Assembly: GCA_965216565.1 (NCBI GenBank)
Contig: OZ244170.1
Span: 1,504,001 to 1,568,000, forward strand
Direction: 5' to 3'
Length of the DNA: 64,000 nt
Source of the DNA: Bythopirellula sp.
Lineage (GTDB): Bacteria > Planctomycetota > Planctomycetia > Pirellulales > Lacipirellulaceae
Shown: one piece after another, positions 41,086 through 50,328 of the stretch
Layout: every line of letters starts with the position of its first letter
Position numbering within the stretch: the first letter of the stretch is position 1
Notes under the pieces: generated by a model
What the model was told of the DNA's origin: nothing
Databases searched by the model: none
The model's input: the letters and a program-made list of their open reading frames with translations, nothing else
Made by a program: the position numbers and the translations under genes

Positions 41086-42231
41086 TTACTTGGGAGCGTT
41101 CTCAATGAGCCAGTCTTCTAAGATAACGTGCTCAACCTGCGGAGCACGCAGCAGGGCCGTATTGGCCGGCAGTAGCGACGCCAACCAAGGTCTACGGGCG
41201 AGACCTGAGACAGCTCGCATTCGTAAACTTCCAATGGAACTTCCGGTAGTTTGTTGTTCGACATTCTCGCTAAGCCTTCGGAATGTCGCTGGGATGACAT
41301 TTGGCTCAGGACCGATATGCAACACGGTATCCACCTTTGCCGAGAGGGTTTTCATCACCGCGTCCCAGAGTCTTTGAGGATGGTCTATCCATTTCCTCAA
41401 CACTTCCTGGGCTGAGTGGTCATCGTAGCTCATCTGTCCCGTGGCCAAAGACATCAGAGGAGGGCAGGGCGGTACGACCCCGCCTTGCATGGTCTCCATC
41501 AGCACCGACGCACGGTCGGGAATTTGCTTCTGTCTAACGATGGCAGTGTGTAGCGGAGGCCATTGATAGGAATTCATGCGTAAGTGCGCCTTGTGTGGCA
41601 ACAACTCATGCATCACTTCCCTGAAACGTTCGACCGTTTTATTTTGTCCGATGAGCAGCATCGAGTTGGGAGATAGAATAGCCGACACGCCGATGGTTCC
41701 TTTGCCTTCGGAAGTCACTTTCAAACACAGCCGAACAACCTGTTCCTCTTCGATTTTTGGGCCTCTCGAAAACAAGACGCCCATAAAAGCATCTTCCGCC
41801 AGTGCCACACAATCGCGTGCCATCGCTAGCGGGATCCGAATCATATCCTCCAGATTGAACATGCCACCACATCCAAGCGCGGTGAGTTCGCCTAGGCTAT
41901 AGCCGAAAGCTAGCTTGGCTTGGTTGATTTCGACGCCGTGAATCTCGGTAAGCAGACGTATTTGCGCCACCTCGGTAGCCATGATCAGCGAGATGGCTTC
42001 TTCGTAGTGCTCAAGTGACAAGTCGAACTGCGCCTTGACCCGATCGACAAGGCTAACGTTATAGTCCACATATTCGTTACAGATGGTCCCGAACCTGTTC
42101 AGCTCGTCCTCTACAATTCGCTGATAGCTGGGAACGGCTAGTAGTTCTCCGGTCCGGCCAAGATTCGTAATGTTATATCCACGGAAAGCCAGTGCCGTGT
42201 CCGCGATATTGAGCGTATGTGGTGATTCCAA
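41086..42231 (-). CDS. FabD-like acyltransferase (atypical)
   Basis: LAFRG, GYSLGE nucleophile motif, PLHT, HIGP; TTG start. Confidence 0.75.
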   Translation of the reverse strand: MESPHTLNIADTALAFRGYNITNLGRTGELLAVPSYQRIVEDELNRFGTICNEYVDYNVSLVDRVKAQFDLSLEHYEEAISLIMATEVAQIRLLTEIHGVEINQAKLAFGYSLGELTALGCGGMFNLEDMIRIPLAMARDCVALAEDAFMGVLFSRGPKIEEEQVVRLCLKVTSEGKGTIGVSAILSPNSMLLIGQNKTVERFREVMHELLPHKAHLRMNSYQWPPLHTAIVRQKQIPDRASVLMETMQGGVVPPCPPLMSLATGQMSYDDHSAQEVLRKWIDHPQRLWDAVMKTLSAKVDTVLHIGPEPNVIPATFRRLSENVEQQTTGSSIGSLRMRAVSGLARRPWLASLLPANTALLRAPQVEHVILEDWLIENAPK

Positions 42232-42513
42232 GAGCGATCCCCTTCAAACGCTGGGCTAGAGAGCAATAGAACAAATCCTGCTGTCTATTATATCGGCTTC
42301 GGTCTAAACAATCAGTTCTCTCGTACCGAACAGAGCCAACCGCTCACTTCCTAACGGTTATTCCGGTGTTAGGACATTCCCGGAGGCAATCATTGGGCTG
42401 CCCGTAGAGGCAGTCACTATCTTGCCCCCAGCAGAGGGATCGTGAACTAAGTTTTCTGAGGAGTTCTACCTACCTACGACTGAAAAAGAACATCGAAAAA
42501 CTCAAGGGGTGTA

Positions 42514-42912
42514 ATGATGAATGCTGTGAAATCGATCATGACTGGTGATTTGGTAACTGTTTCGCCAGAATCTTCGATCCAAGATGCCATTGAGCTCTTG
42601 CTCAAGGAAGAAATCAGCGGATTGCCCGTAATCGACAACCAGGGCAAGCTGGTTGGGATTCTCACCGAGTTTGCAGTCCTGGGACTTGCTTACGACGACA
42701 AGATCCGACAAGACACCGTTTCTCAGCACATGACACCCAACGTACTTACAGTTCAAGCCGATGAACCTGTTAGCAAAGTTGCTGACTTGTGCCTTGTTCA
42801 TCGTGTACGACGTGTTCCCGTTATGAATGGCGAGAAGCTTGTTGGGTTGGTAGCACGGAGAGACGTGCTTAGGTCGCTCTACGAGAGCCAAGCTCCTATT
42901 TGCGCATCTTAA
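42514..42912 (+). CDS. Stand-alone CBS-pair protein
   Basis: VKSIMT, ISGLPV, LVGILT, VRRVPV, LVGLVARRD. Confidence 0.9.
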   Translation: MMNAVKSIMTGDLVTVSPESSIQDAIELLLKEEISGLPVIDNQGKLVGILTEFAVLGLAYDDKIRQDTVSQHMTPNVLTVQADEPVSKVADLCLVHRVRRVPVMNGEKLVGLVARRDVLRSLYESQAPICAS

Positions 42913-42988
42913 GTCACTTCTGTATTCCTAACTCTCCAAATGCATCAGCATTGCCGAGGTAGATAGCTGCTTACAGCGACCCCGAGAT

Positions 42989-44506
42989 ATGTCCGCAACC
43001 GAAAGAACCACGCACTCAACATTCCATAAGCAACACAGAACCCTAGAGGTTCTGTTGGTGCTTTTGGTGCTCAGCATTTCGATGTTGATGTGGCGTCATT
43101 CGGTCAATGATCCGATTCTGCTCCACTTATACTATGTTCCCGCAGTTCTAACAGGCTTCTATCTCGGCGGTTACCGAGCCCGCTTGATTGCACTGCTGTG
43201 CATCGTCACTGGTTTCATACTTTTTGTGCCAGATGTCAGTTCTGTGAGCGATGGCATCCCGTTATTGACCGTACTCGCATTCTTGCTGTGGTCGGGCACC
43301 CTATTCCTGGTAGCAATGCTCATCGGCACGCTAAGCGATGGGCTTCGCAAAGTAATGAGGGAAACAGAGACTACGCTCAAAAAAGATGCGCTGACCGATT
43401 CATTGACTAGTGTTGCCAATCGAAGAGGCTTCGATCTTGAACTCCGCTCTCAGTTAGGCCACGTCACAACCGATACCGATCAACTAGCGCTTGTACTCAT
43501 CGATATTGATTATTTCAAGAACTTCAATGATCGATATGGGCACCAGACTGGCGATCAAATCCTCAAGCAAGTTGCTCACGTCTTCAAGCAAGTCGCCAGA
43601 AGTGCCGACTTGGTTGCCCGCTATGGGGGAGAAGAATTCGCATTGATTCTTCCTCACACGACGAAGAAAAGCGCTTTAGAGATAGCAGAAAAGACCCGCA
43701 GCCTGATAGAAGAGCATCGCTTCGACTATCAAGGGCTCGTGCATCGCCTCACGGTGAGCGTGGGGGTAGCATTTGCAAGTGACCAGGACGATGACAAGTC
43801 GTTTTGCGAGCGTGTCGACGCGGCCCTCTATAGCTCGAAGGAGTCTGGCAGAAACAGCGTGCACTATCACGATGGCAAAGCGTGTGTCCGGTTTGGTCTG
43901 GGATTCGCAGCTCAACGTGCTGAAAAGGACAAACCACAAGCCAGTTCTGACGCGAGCAATGCGTTTCACGATTTATCGACCGGACTACCGACTCAGTTGG
44001 TGTTGGTGGAAGAGCTACGCCGCAGGGTTCTGGAAAAGCAGAGATACGGTGGCACTCTCTCGATGGCTCTCATTCAGATTGATGATATGCCCGAGCTAAT
44101 TAGTGCTGACGCAAAAATGAGGAAGAGCTACACAGCCAATGCGGCGCGTATCATCCAATCCGCAGTTCGCGATTCCGACTTTGTGGCCAACTGGTCTGAG
44201 GACACATTCGCCGTCTTACTGCCCTGTACAGACATCCAGAATTCGCTTGTGCCGCTAAGTCGCCTTTGTCGTCATGCAGAGGAATTTGAAGATGTGCAGT
44301 TCCCGACTCTCTCGTACTCTATGTCTATCGGAGCCGTGGAGGTTCAAGACAACGAGCAATATGGCCAGGTGGTCGAACGCACTAGAAGTACACTGGCTAC
44401 TGCTAGATCAGTAAGCACCGGGAACTTAGCTTACGAGAAAGATGGCAAAGCCAATTGCATGTCGGGCATCGGGAAAGAAAGCCGAGAAGTGTGCGATATG
44501 GTGTAG
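42989..44506 (+). CDS. Membrane diguanylate cyclase with a second, degenerate GGDEF domain
   Basis: About four TMs; DSLTSVANRR, DIDYFKNFND, RSAD-x5-GGEEF; second domain DLSTGLP...RDSD-x5-SEDTF. Confidence 0.9.
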   Translation: MSATERTTHSTFHKQHRTLEVLLVLLVLSISMLMWRHSVNDPILLHLYYVPAVLTGFYLGGYRARLIALLCIVTGFILFVPDVSSVSDGIPLLTVLAFLLWSGTLFLVAMLIGTLSDGLRKVMRETETTLKKDALTDSLTSVANRRGFDLELRSQLGHVTTDTDQLALVLIDIDYFKNFNDRYGHQTGDQILKQVAHVFKQVARSADLVARYGGEEFALILPHTTKKSALEIAEKTRSLIEEHRFDYQGLVHRLTVSVGVAFASDQDDDKSFCERVDAALYSSKESGRNSVHYHDGKACVRFGLGFAAQRAEKDKPQASSDASNAFHDLSTGLPTQLVLVEELRRRVLEKQRYGGTLSMALIQIDDMPELISADAKMRKSYTANAARIIQSAVRDSDFVANWSEDTFAVLLPCTDIQNSLVPLSRLCRHAEEFEDVQFPTLSYSMSIGAVEVQDNEQYGQVVERTRSTLATARSVSTGNLAYEKDGKANCMSGIGKESREVCDMV

Positions 44507-44620
44507 GCGTGGCCTTGCCAGTGCAATCGGTTTTTCGTCGCGATCCTCACTCACTAGTACTGTTAAGAATTGCCTATCGGCAGGACTTGACCCCACAGGC
44601 CCTCTAAGCAGACTTCTCTA

Positions 44621-44680
44621 CGGGTGCTTACGAAGCTAAGAGGGTGCTGACGCAGCTAACTGGGTGCTTGAACAGCTAAG
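44621..44680. repeat. Three imperfect 20-bp tandem repeats, each with an internal hairpin
   Basis: CGGGTGCTTACGAAGCTAAG / AGGGTGCTGACGCAGCTAAC / TGGGTGCTTGAACAGCTAAG. Confidence 0.75.
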
Positions 44681-44822
44681 TGGGGACGCTGTCGCCCCAA
44701 TTGCTACAGATGCCGCGACGTAACAAACCAACCAGCCGAATTGCTGGCGCGAGGCTACCGCCGTCGGCTCGAGTCACACTCGAAGCCCGTAGAATACGGT
44801 GTTTCACAAAAGTGCAGATGGC

Positions 44823-45176
44823 TTAGTGATCGCCGGGTGCCGTAGAAGACGTGTGGCCGCTTACTCTCTTTGTCGTAGCATCAAGTGTGTAACTATTACC
44901 AGTCACGGGGCAGACAGGTAAACCAGCTGGGAAATAGTTGACATCTGCACCCAGGTCGGAAAGATCGCTGGCGGGCCAGCTGTTCTTGTCTACATACCAC
45001 CGTTCGATGGCGGAATTTATCTCAGCTCGGTTGTGCGAGCAGCTGCTCGTCTTGGCGAAGTCCACTCCCGGGGCAATTCTGTAGATCACCAAGCTGGCGA
45101 TGATTCCAATTATTGTCACCACGGCAAGCAGCTCGAGTAACGAGAATCCTCTTCGACCTTTACAGAACACACTCAT
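44823..45176 (-). CDS. Short type IV pilin/pseudopilin (paralog 1)
   Basis: RRG|FSLLELLAVV class III signal; C...C pair; start at MSVF chosen. Confidence 0.85.
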   Translation of the reverse strand: MSVFCKGRRGFSLLELLAVVTIIGIIASLVIYRIAPGVDFAKTSSCSHNRAEINSAIERWYVDKNSWPASDLSDLGADVNYFPAGLPVCPVTGNSYTLDATTKRVSGHTSSTAPGDH

Positions 45177-45481
45177 TTCCGTCTTCCTCATTCGTATCTG
45201 GGAGTATTCGAAATTCACTACAAAAAACTAGCTTTGGCTGGCACATGGGGCTCCCAGAACCCGGAAACGAGATCGTATTGCCCCCTGTTATGTAGGTCTC
45301 GCAGCACTTATTCGCTCTGTGACGATAGTTCCGCCTACGCAGGATGCGTCGAAAACGACAATTCCCACCGATGTTGCTTTGACTCAACAATTCTACGAGC
45401 TACTTTTGCATGGAATTATCTGCGTTCAGGAATACCAACGCGCCGCCCTAGTTGGACGTGCCCTTTTTGAATCGACCCATT

Positions 45482-45865
45482 ATGAAAACACAAACCGCCC
45501 ATATTTTGCTCGTTGAGTTCGATGCAACGCTCAGAGATATCACCGGATTTCGCCTCGAACTCCTGGGCTACCAGGTGACTATCAAAGAATCGGCGGACGT
45601 CGCTACCAATTGGCTGAAAGATAACGTGCCCGATTTGATTGCCGTAGGGCACCTGGAAGATATGGAGCCCGTGGAATTCCTGAACGTATTGAGCAACGAT
45701 CCCAAAACGTGCGAATTGCCCATCATTTTTGTTTCAGCTGAATCGGAACTCCACGAAGTACAACGAGCATTTAATGCCGGGGCTGATGAGTATCTTGTCA
45801 CTCCCTTTGATCCGCTGGTGCTCGAGAAAAAAGTCGAAGGACTCCTGAAGGCGGTCCAACAATAG
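45482..45865 (+). CDS. Stand-alone pseudo-receiver (CheY-like) protein
   Basis: Receiver fold (ILLVE, PDL, LPIIFVSA, AGADEYL) but VEFD, PDLIAVG and YLVTPF replace the conserved D, D and K. Confidence 0.8.
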   Translation: MKTQTAHILLVEFDATLRDITGFRLELLGYQVTIKESADVATNWLKDNVPDLIAVGHLEDMEPVEFLNVLSNDPKTCELPIIFVSAESELHEVQRAFNAGADEYLVTPFDPLVLEKKVEGLLKAVQQ

Positions 45866-45960
45866 TTTTCACACACAAGTTTTCGCACATAGAGCAATGA
45901 AGTCCGGCGATGGATTCGTCGCACAAGATTACTAAAACACTTACATGTGGTATTTGATTG

Positions 45961-47649
45961 ATGGCTAGGTTAGGCGACATTCTGGTGAAAAAGGGCTGGG
46001 TCACAGAAGGCCAGATCCAGAGTGCTCTTACTGCGCAAGGCTCTGAACGGGGCCTGCTGGGAACGATTCTGATTCGTCGAGGACTGATCGACGCCGATCA
46101 ATTGGGCGAAGCGCTCTCCGAACAGTACAGCGTGCCCTACCAGGACATTATCCCAGAAAGCATCCGTCCCCAGGTTGTCCGGCTCATTCCAGAAGAGCTA
46201 GCCCGATCTCGCGAAATTGTGCCTCTAAGCGTCAGCAGTAGCACGATGAAGCTGGCGATGACAGCCCCTGACGACATGGATGCCATTTGCGAAGCCGAAC
46301 TAATCACTGGCTACCACGTGGAACCAGTTGTGGCTATGCAATCGGGCGTGAGAGACGCGCTCGATCATGGCTTCGACGAGCGTGTCATCGCTCGGCAAAC
46401 CATTGTCGACATGAAAATGGCGGACCTCGACGCCGCTGAAGAGGCTATCGATCAGGAACTGACGGAGGAAGCTCCCGACGAGGAGGACCAAGCCCCCGTC
46501 GTGAGGCTCGTAAAAGCGATCCTCATGGGTGCCATCAATGCGGGAACGAGCGATATTCATCTGGAGCCTTATCATCCAGAAATGCGAGTTCGCTACCGCG
46601 TCGACGGACAACTTCAGCCCGTGATGACGATTCCAACGCACATCGAAGAGTCTGTGGTGGCTCGCATCAAGGTCATGGCCGACATGGACACCACGGAAAG
46701 CCGTAGGCCACAAGACGGTCAGCTCAGTATCGAAGAGGCTGGCAGCCGGGTGAATTTCCGGGTAAGCACCATTCCGACAGTCAACGGCGAGAAGGTTGTA
46801 ATGCGACTACTCGACGAAGGCTCGCGGAGCTTCACCTTGGAGAATCTGGGGCTCAACAAGCGAGACCTTAAGAGCATTGAAGCCTTGATTGACAAGCCGC
46901 ACGGCATGATCGTTGTGACTGGGCCCACCGGGTCCGGTAAAAGCACAACCATGTACTCCGTGCTGGCGACTTTGAACTCAGACAGTCGCAATATTGTGAC
47001 GGTTGAAGATCCAGTCGAATATCGTCTGGCAGGGGTCAATCAAATTGCGTCCGACAACGATCATGGCCTCGGATTCGCAAACGCACTGAAATACATCATG
47101 CGGCAAGATCCCGACGTGATTATGGTTGGTGAAATCCGCGATCACGAAACAGCGGCTACCTCGGTCCAAGCCGCCTTGACGGGTCACCTGCTGATTAGCA
47201 CGCTGCATACCAACGATGCAATTGGAGCTGTCGCTCGGCTAGGCGATCTGGGCATCGACAATTTTAAAACCGGCGGCGCCTTGCTGGGTGCGGTCGCTCA
47301 GCGTCTGCTGCGGGCGATTTGTCCCCACTGTAAAGAGACCGTGGAACCGAATCGTCACTACCTCAACTCCCTGAATCACGCCGCTGAGGTTGGAAAAGAC
47401 ACGATCTTCTACGCTGGTAGAGGTTGCAAGAAGTGTTTGGGAACCGGTTATCTCGGTCGAATTCCCATCTACGAAATCATGACCGTCACCCCAGCCTTGG
47501 CATTTGCCATCGAGCAGGGGCTGCCGAACTCGAAGCTGCGAGAAATCGCATTGGAAGAAGGCATGGTCGAATTGGCTACCGCGGGTGTCGAACAAGTAAT
47601 TGCTGGCAATACGACAATTGAAGAAGTCTTCTACAAGGTATCGGGATAG
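45961..47649 (+). CDS. PilB/GspE/MshE-type assembly ATPase with N-terminal MshEN motif
   Basis: RLGDILVKKG...ALTAQ then LLGTILIRRG...ALSEQ; GPTGSGKS, EDPVE, RQDPDVIMVGEIRD, CxxC...CxxC. Confidence 0.93.
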   Translation: MARLGDILVKKGWVTEGQIQSALTAQGSERGLLGTILIRRGLIDADQLGEALSEQYSVPYQDIIPESIRPQVVRLIPEELARSREIVPLSVSSSTMKLAMTAPDDMDAICEAELITGYHVEPVVAMQSGVRDALDHGFDERVIARQTIVDMKMADLDAAEEAIDQELTEEAPDEEDQAPVVRLVKAILMGAINAGTSDIHLEPYHPEMRVRYRVDGQLQPVMTIPTHIEESVVARIKVMADMDTTESRRPQDGQLSIEEAGSRVNFRVSTIPTVNGEKVVMRLLDEGSRSFTLENLGLNKRDLKSIEALIDKPHGMIVVTGPTGSGKSTTMYSVLATLNSDSRNIVTVEDPVEYRLAGVNQIASDNDHGLGFANALKYIMRQDPDVIMVGEIRDHETAATSVQAALTGHLLISTLHTNDAIGAVARLGDLGIDNFKTGGALLGAVAQRLLRAICPHCKETVEPNRHYLNSLNHAAEVGKDTIFYAGRGCKKCLGTGYLGRIPIYEIMTVTPALAFAIEQGLPNSKLREIALEEGMVELATAGVEQVIAGNTTIEEVFYKVSG

Positions 47650-47687
47650 TTTTTCTATCCGCACCGTAACTCATAAACGAATCGCTC

Positions 47688-48869
47688 ATGTCCAGACGAA
47701 AACGATATTCCGCAGCAACGGGCAATAGCGGCGCAACTGCTGCGCATACAACCTCGTCCGCCGCAGCCGGTATGGCTGATATTGGCCAATGGTTAAATGG
47801 ACTGACTAGCACTCGCAAGAAGACCGAAAAATTCAAGTCCCACGAGCTCACCTTTATTTTGCGCACACTGTCGACACTGCTCGACAACGGCGTCTCACTA
47901 CCCAAGGCTCTCGCCACACTTGCTAAAGAAGAGACACTTGCAAAGCATGGCGACGTACTAGAAGCTCTGAGACGAAAAGTGGAGTCGGGGACGTCGTTTA
48001 GTGCCGCGCTCGTTGATTATCCTCACGTCTGCGACAATGTCACTGTTAGCCAGCTTAGAGTGGGTGAACAGTCCGGCACGCTCAGCAATACGCTACGCCA
48101 ACTCTCTGAAAGTCGAGACCAGACGGCTGAGCTCAAAAAGGCAGTCACGAAGAAGCTAGCTTATCCCGCGCTACTCGTATTTTTTGGTAGCGGACTGATA
48201 ACGTTCTTGCTGCTCTACGTGGTTCCCGTGTTTGAGGAAACCTACGACAAAGCGGGGGTGGCCCTGCCGCTCATTACCAGGTTGCTCATCGGCTTTGGCG
48301 GCTGCGTGAAAACCTATGGCATCTTTGTAGTCATGGCATTGGTCGTGGCGATTGTAATCCTCAAGCAACTCCGTCGACGTCCTGCTTTGGCAGAGAAGAT
48401 GGATCGCAACATCTTGAAAGTGCCGCTTTTTGGCAATTGGCTTCGTGACATCGCGGTTCTTCAAATGATGGATGTACTGCATCACTTAATGGCAGCCGGA
48501 TATACCCTGGCGGAAGCTCTCAAGGAAACAGGCGATACCGTGGGCAATCGTGCCATGAAGCATGGTGTGCATACGCTCCAGCATGCGGTTCAACGTGGCG
48601 AACGCTTTAGCCGCGAGATTGAACGACTCGAATCGCTATTTCCGCCTATCGTCCACCAACTAGTTATCGTAGGCGAAAGCACCGGCAAGCTCACGAGAGC
48701 AACCAGCGATATTTGCAATCACCTACGTCGTGAAATCGAACGCAAAACTAACCTGATGGTCGGAGCGCTTGAACCCATTCTTACCATTAGTTTGGCCGTG
48801 GCGATTGCCATGGTTCTCATGGCGATCTACCTGCCGATGTTCGACATGGTGAATACGGTCTCGGGGTAG
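47688..48869 (+). CDS. PilC/GspF inner-membrane platform protein
   Basis: LSTLLDNGV, GEQSGTL, AYP, GESTGKL, LEP, IYLPMF. Confidence 0.92.
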   Translation: MSRRKRYSAATGNSGATAAHTTSSAAAGMADIGQWLNGLTSTRKKTEKFKSHELTFILRTLSTLLDNGVSLPKALATLAKEETLAKHGDVLEALRRKVESGTSFSAALVDYPHVCDNVTVSQLRVGEQSGTLSNTLRQLSESRDQTAELKKAVTKKLAYPALLVFFGSGLITFLLLYVVPVFEETYDKAGVALPLITRLLIGFGGCVKTYGIFVVMALVVAIVILKQLRRRPALAEKMDRNILKVPLFGNWLRDIAVLQMMDVLHHLMAAGYTLAEALKETGDTVGNRAMKHGVHTLQHAVQRGERFSREIERLESLFPPIVHQLVIVGESTGKLTRATSDICNHLRREIERKTNLMVGALEPILTISLAVAIAMVLMAIYLPMFDMVNTVSG

Positions 48870-48888
48870 CGAAGCTAGATCTAGGACA

Positions 48889-49215
48889 ATGAAAATGACA
48901 TACCAGAGCAAAGGATTCTCCCTACTCGAATTGATGGTTGTAATCTCTGTACTAGGAGTACTAGCTATGGTGATTGTGCCCCGGGTATTCGGTGAGAACG
49001 ACGCTGCAAAAACGGCGGCGTGCCACACGTACCAAGGAGACATTGAAATCCAGGCAGAACTCTGGATGCATAACACAGGAGGCTGGCCCAATAACAGCCT
49101 GTCAGATATCGGGGCTGTAACAGCTTACTTCCCTGAGGGACTGCCCACGTGCCCGGTTGATGGCTCAGCCTACACAATCGATGGTTCAGGGCGTGTCGTA
49201 GGGCATAATCACTAG
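48889..49215 (+). CDS. Short type IV pilin/pseudopilin (paralog 2)
   Basis: KG|FSLLELMVV; C...C pair. Confidence 0.88.
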   Translation: MKMTYQSKGFSLLELMVVISVLGVLAMVIVPRVFGENDAAKTAACHTYQGDIEIQAELWMHNTGGWPNNSLSDIGAVTAYFPEGLPTCPVDGSAYTIDGSGRVVGHNH

Positions 49216-49361
49216 AAAAAAGTCCGAGAAGTTGTTTTTTTAACACGCTGTTGGCTTTTTTGTAACCTAGCTTTAACTATCACCGCGAAGGCGTGGTGCA
49301 AAAAAACACAATACCGACTACGCAATATGCGGTACTTTTTTAACTGAGGAGAGAACCACCA

Positions 49362-49685
49362 ATGAAAGCGTTCCAACCAAAGAAGTCTTCCGGCTTCTCG
49401 CTACTCGAGTTGTTAGCGGTTGTTACCATTTTGGGTATCATCGCAGCGATTATTGTTCCTAGAGTAACAGTATCCAGCGATACAGCCAAGCAACGAGTCC
49501 GTGACCATCACAAGGCGACCATCAACGCAGCTGTTGAACGCTGGTACATCGACAAGAACTCCTGGCCAGCCAACGATCTCTCGGATATCGAGGCCGATGT
49601 TAATTACTTCCCCGAAGGGATCCCAACCAATCCAGTTGATGGAAGCGATTACACGCTTAACGGCACAACGCACCGAGTCAACTAG
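49362..49685 (+). CDS. Short type IV pilin (paralog 3; probable major pilin)
   Basis: SG|FSLLELLAVV; strong GAGGAG RBS; no Cys. Confidence 0.88.
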   Translation: MKAFQPKKSSGFSLLELLAVVTILGIIAAIIVPRVTVSSDTAKQRVRDHHKATINAAVERWYIDKNSWPANDLSDIEADVNYFPEGIPTNPVDGSDYTLNGTTHRVN

Positions 49686-49702
49686 ATAAGAATAGATACT
49701 TG

Positions 49703-50200
49703 ATGAATGCAACGTGGAAATCTCTCTGCAAGGCTCGGCGTGAGCAATCACGTCGGGCCTTCAGTCTTTTGGAACTGATGACGGTCGTGGCGATAATCGG
49801 CCTCATGGCCCTGGCTGGAATCTCCCGATTCGGGAACACCACCTTGTCCAACAGTTCTGCCGACGGATTTGCCCGTAAGCTCTCACTTTCTCTGGCACAC
49901 GCTCGCCGAGCCACAATTTCTACCGGCGACAATCATTATGTTCAGCTCGCACCTGCCTCGGGTGTCATTACGAACTTCGCCATTATTCGAAAAGCCTCGG
50001 GAGGCGATGTCCAAGTCGATCAGAGCCATGCGGTGCCGCAGGACGTAACCGTCTCGTCGGCAACGCGGACTTTGGAATTCGACTTCGATGGGACTGCTCT
50101 CGCGGCATACACCATCTCGATTACGGCCCCCGAAAGAAGTTGGGACGTAACGGTTGTGCAGTTGACCGGCTCAATCGCTGTGACCGAAACAACCCCCTAG
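49703..50200 (+). CDS. Minor pilin (GspH/FimT-like)
   Basis: RA|FSLLELM; LAHARRATI; LEFDFDG. Confidence 0.8.
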   Translation: MNATWKSLCKARREQSRRAFSLLELMTVVAIIGLMALAGISRFGNTTLSNSSADGFARKLSLSLAHARRATISTGDNHYVQLAPASGVITNFAIIRKASGGDVQVDQSHAVPQDVTVSSATRTLEFDFDGTALAAYTISITAPERSWDVTVVQLTGSIAVTETTP

Positions 50201-50328
50201 CCACAAGCTTTGCTTTGCGACTAGCAATCTGGGGGAGAGGTCTCTTTTTTAAGCTACGTTTATTAGGAAACGTGCGCTCATTTTTTGAAACCTTCCTGAC
50301 CAAATAAGCAACGAACGCTGTAGCAAAA

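Noticed and set aside
44621..44680. CRISPR-like array
   Set aside because: Units are contiguous 20-mers with no spacers, and there are no cas genes
49270..49340. c-di-GMP-I riboswitch call
   Set aside because: Resemblance is only loose and the conserved GGCAAA/P1 elements are not evident; kept as an unassigned structured leader
48889..49685. Electrically conductive (e-pilin) interpretation of the short pilins
   Set aside because: They lack the aromatic residues near mature positions 24 and 27, and aromatic content is modest
44823..49685. Invertible segment bounded by the oppositely oriented pilin paralogs
   Set aside because: The DNA differs at many synonymous positions, no long perfect inverted repeat was seen, and no recombinase is adjacent
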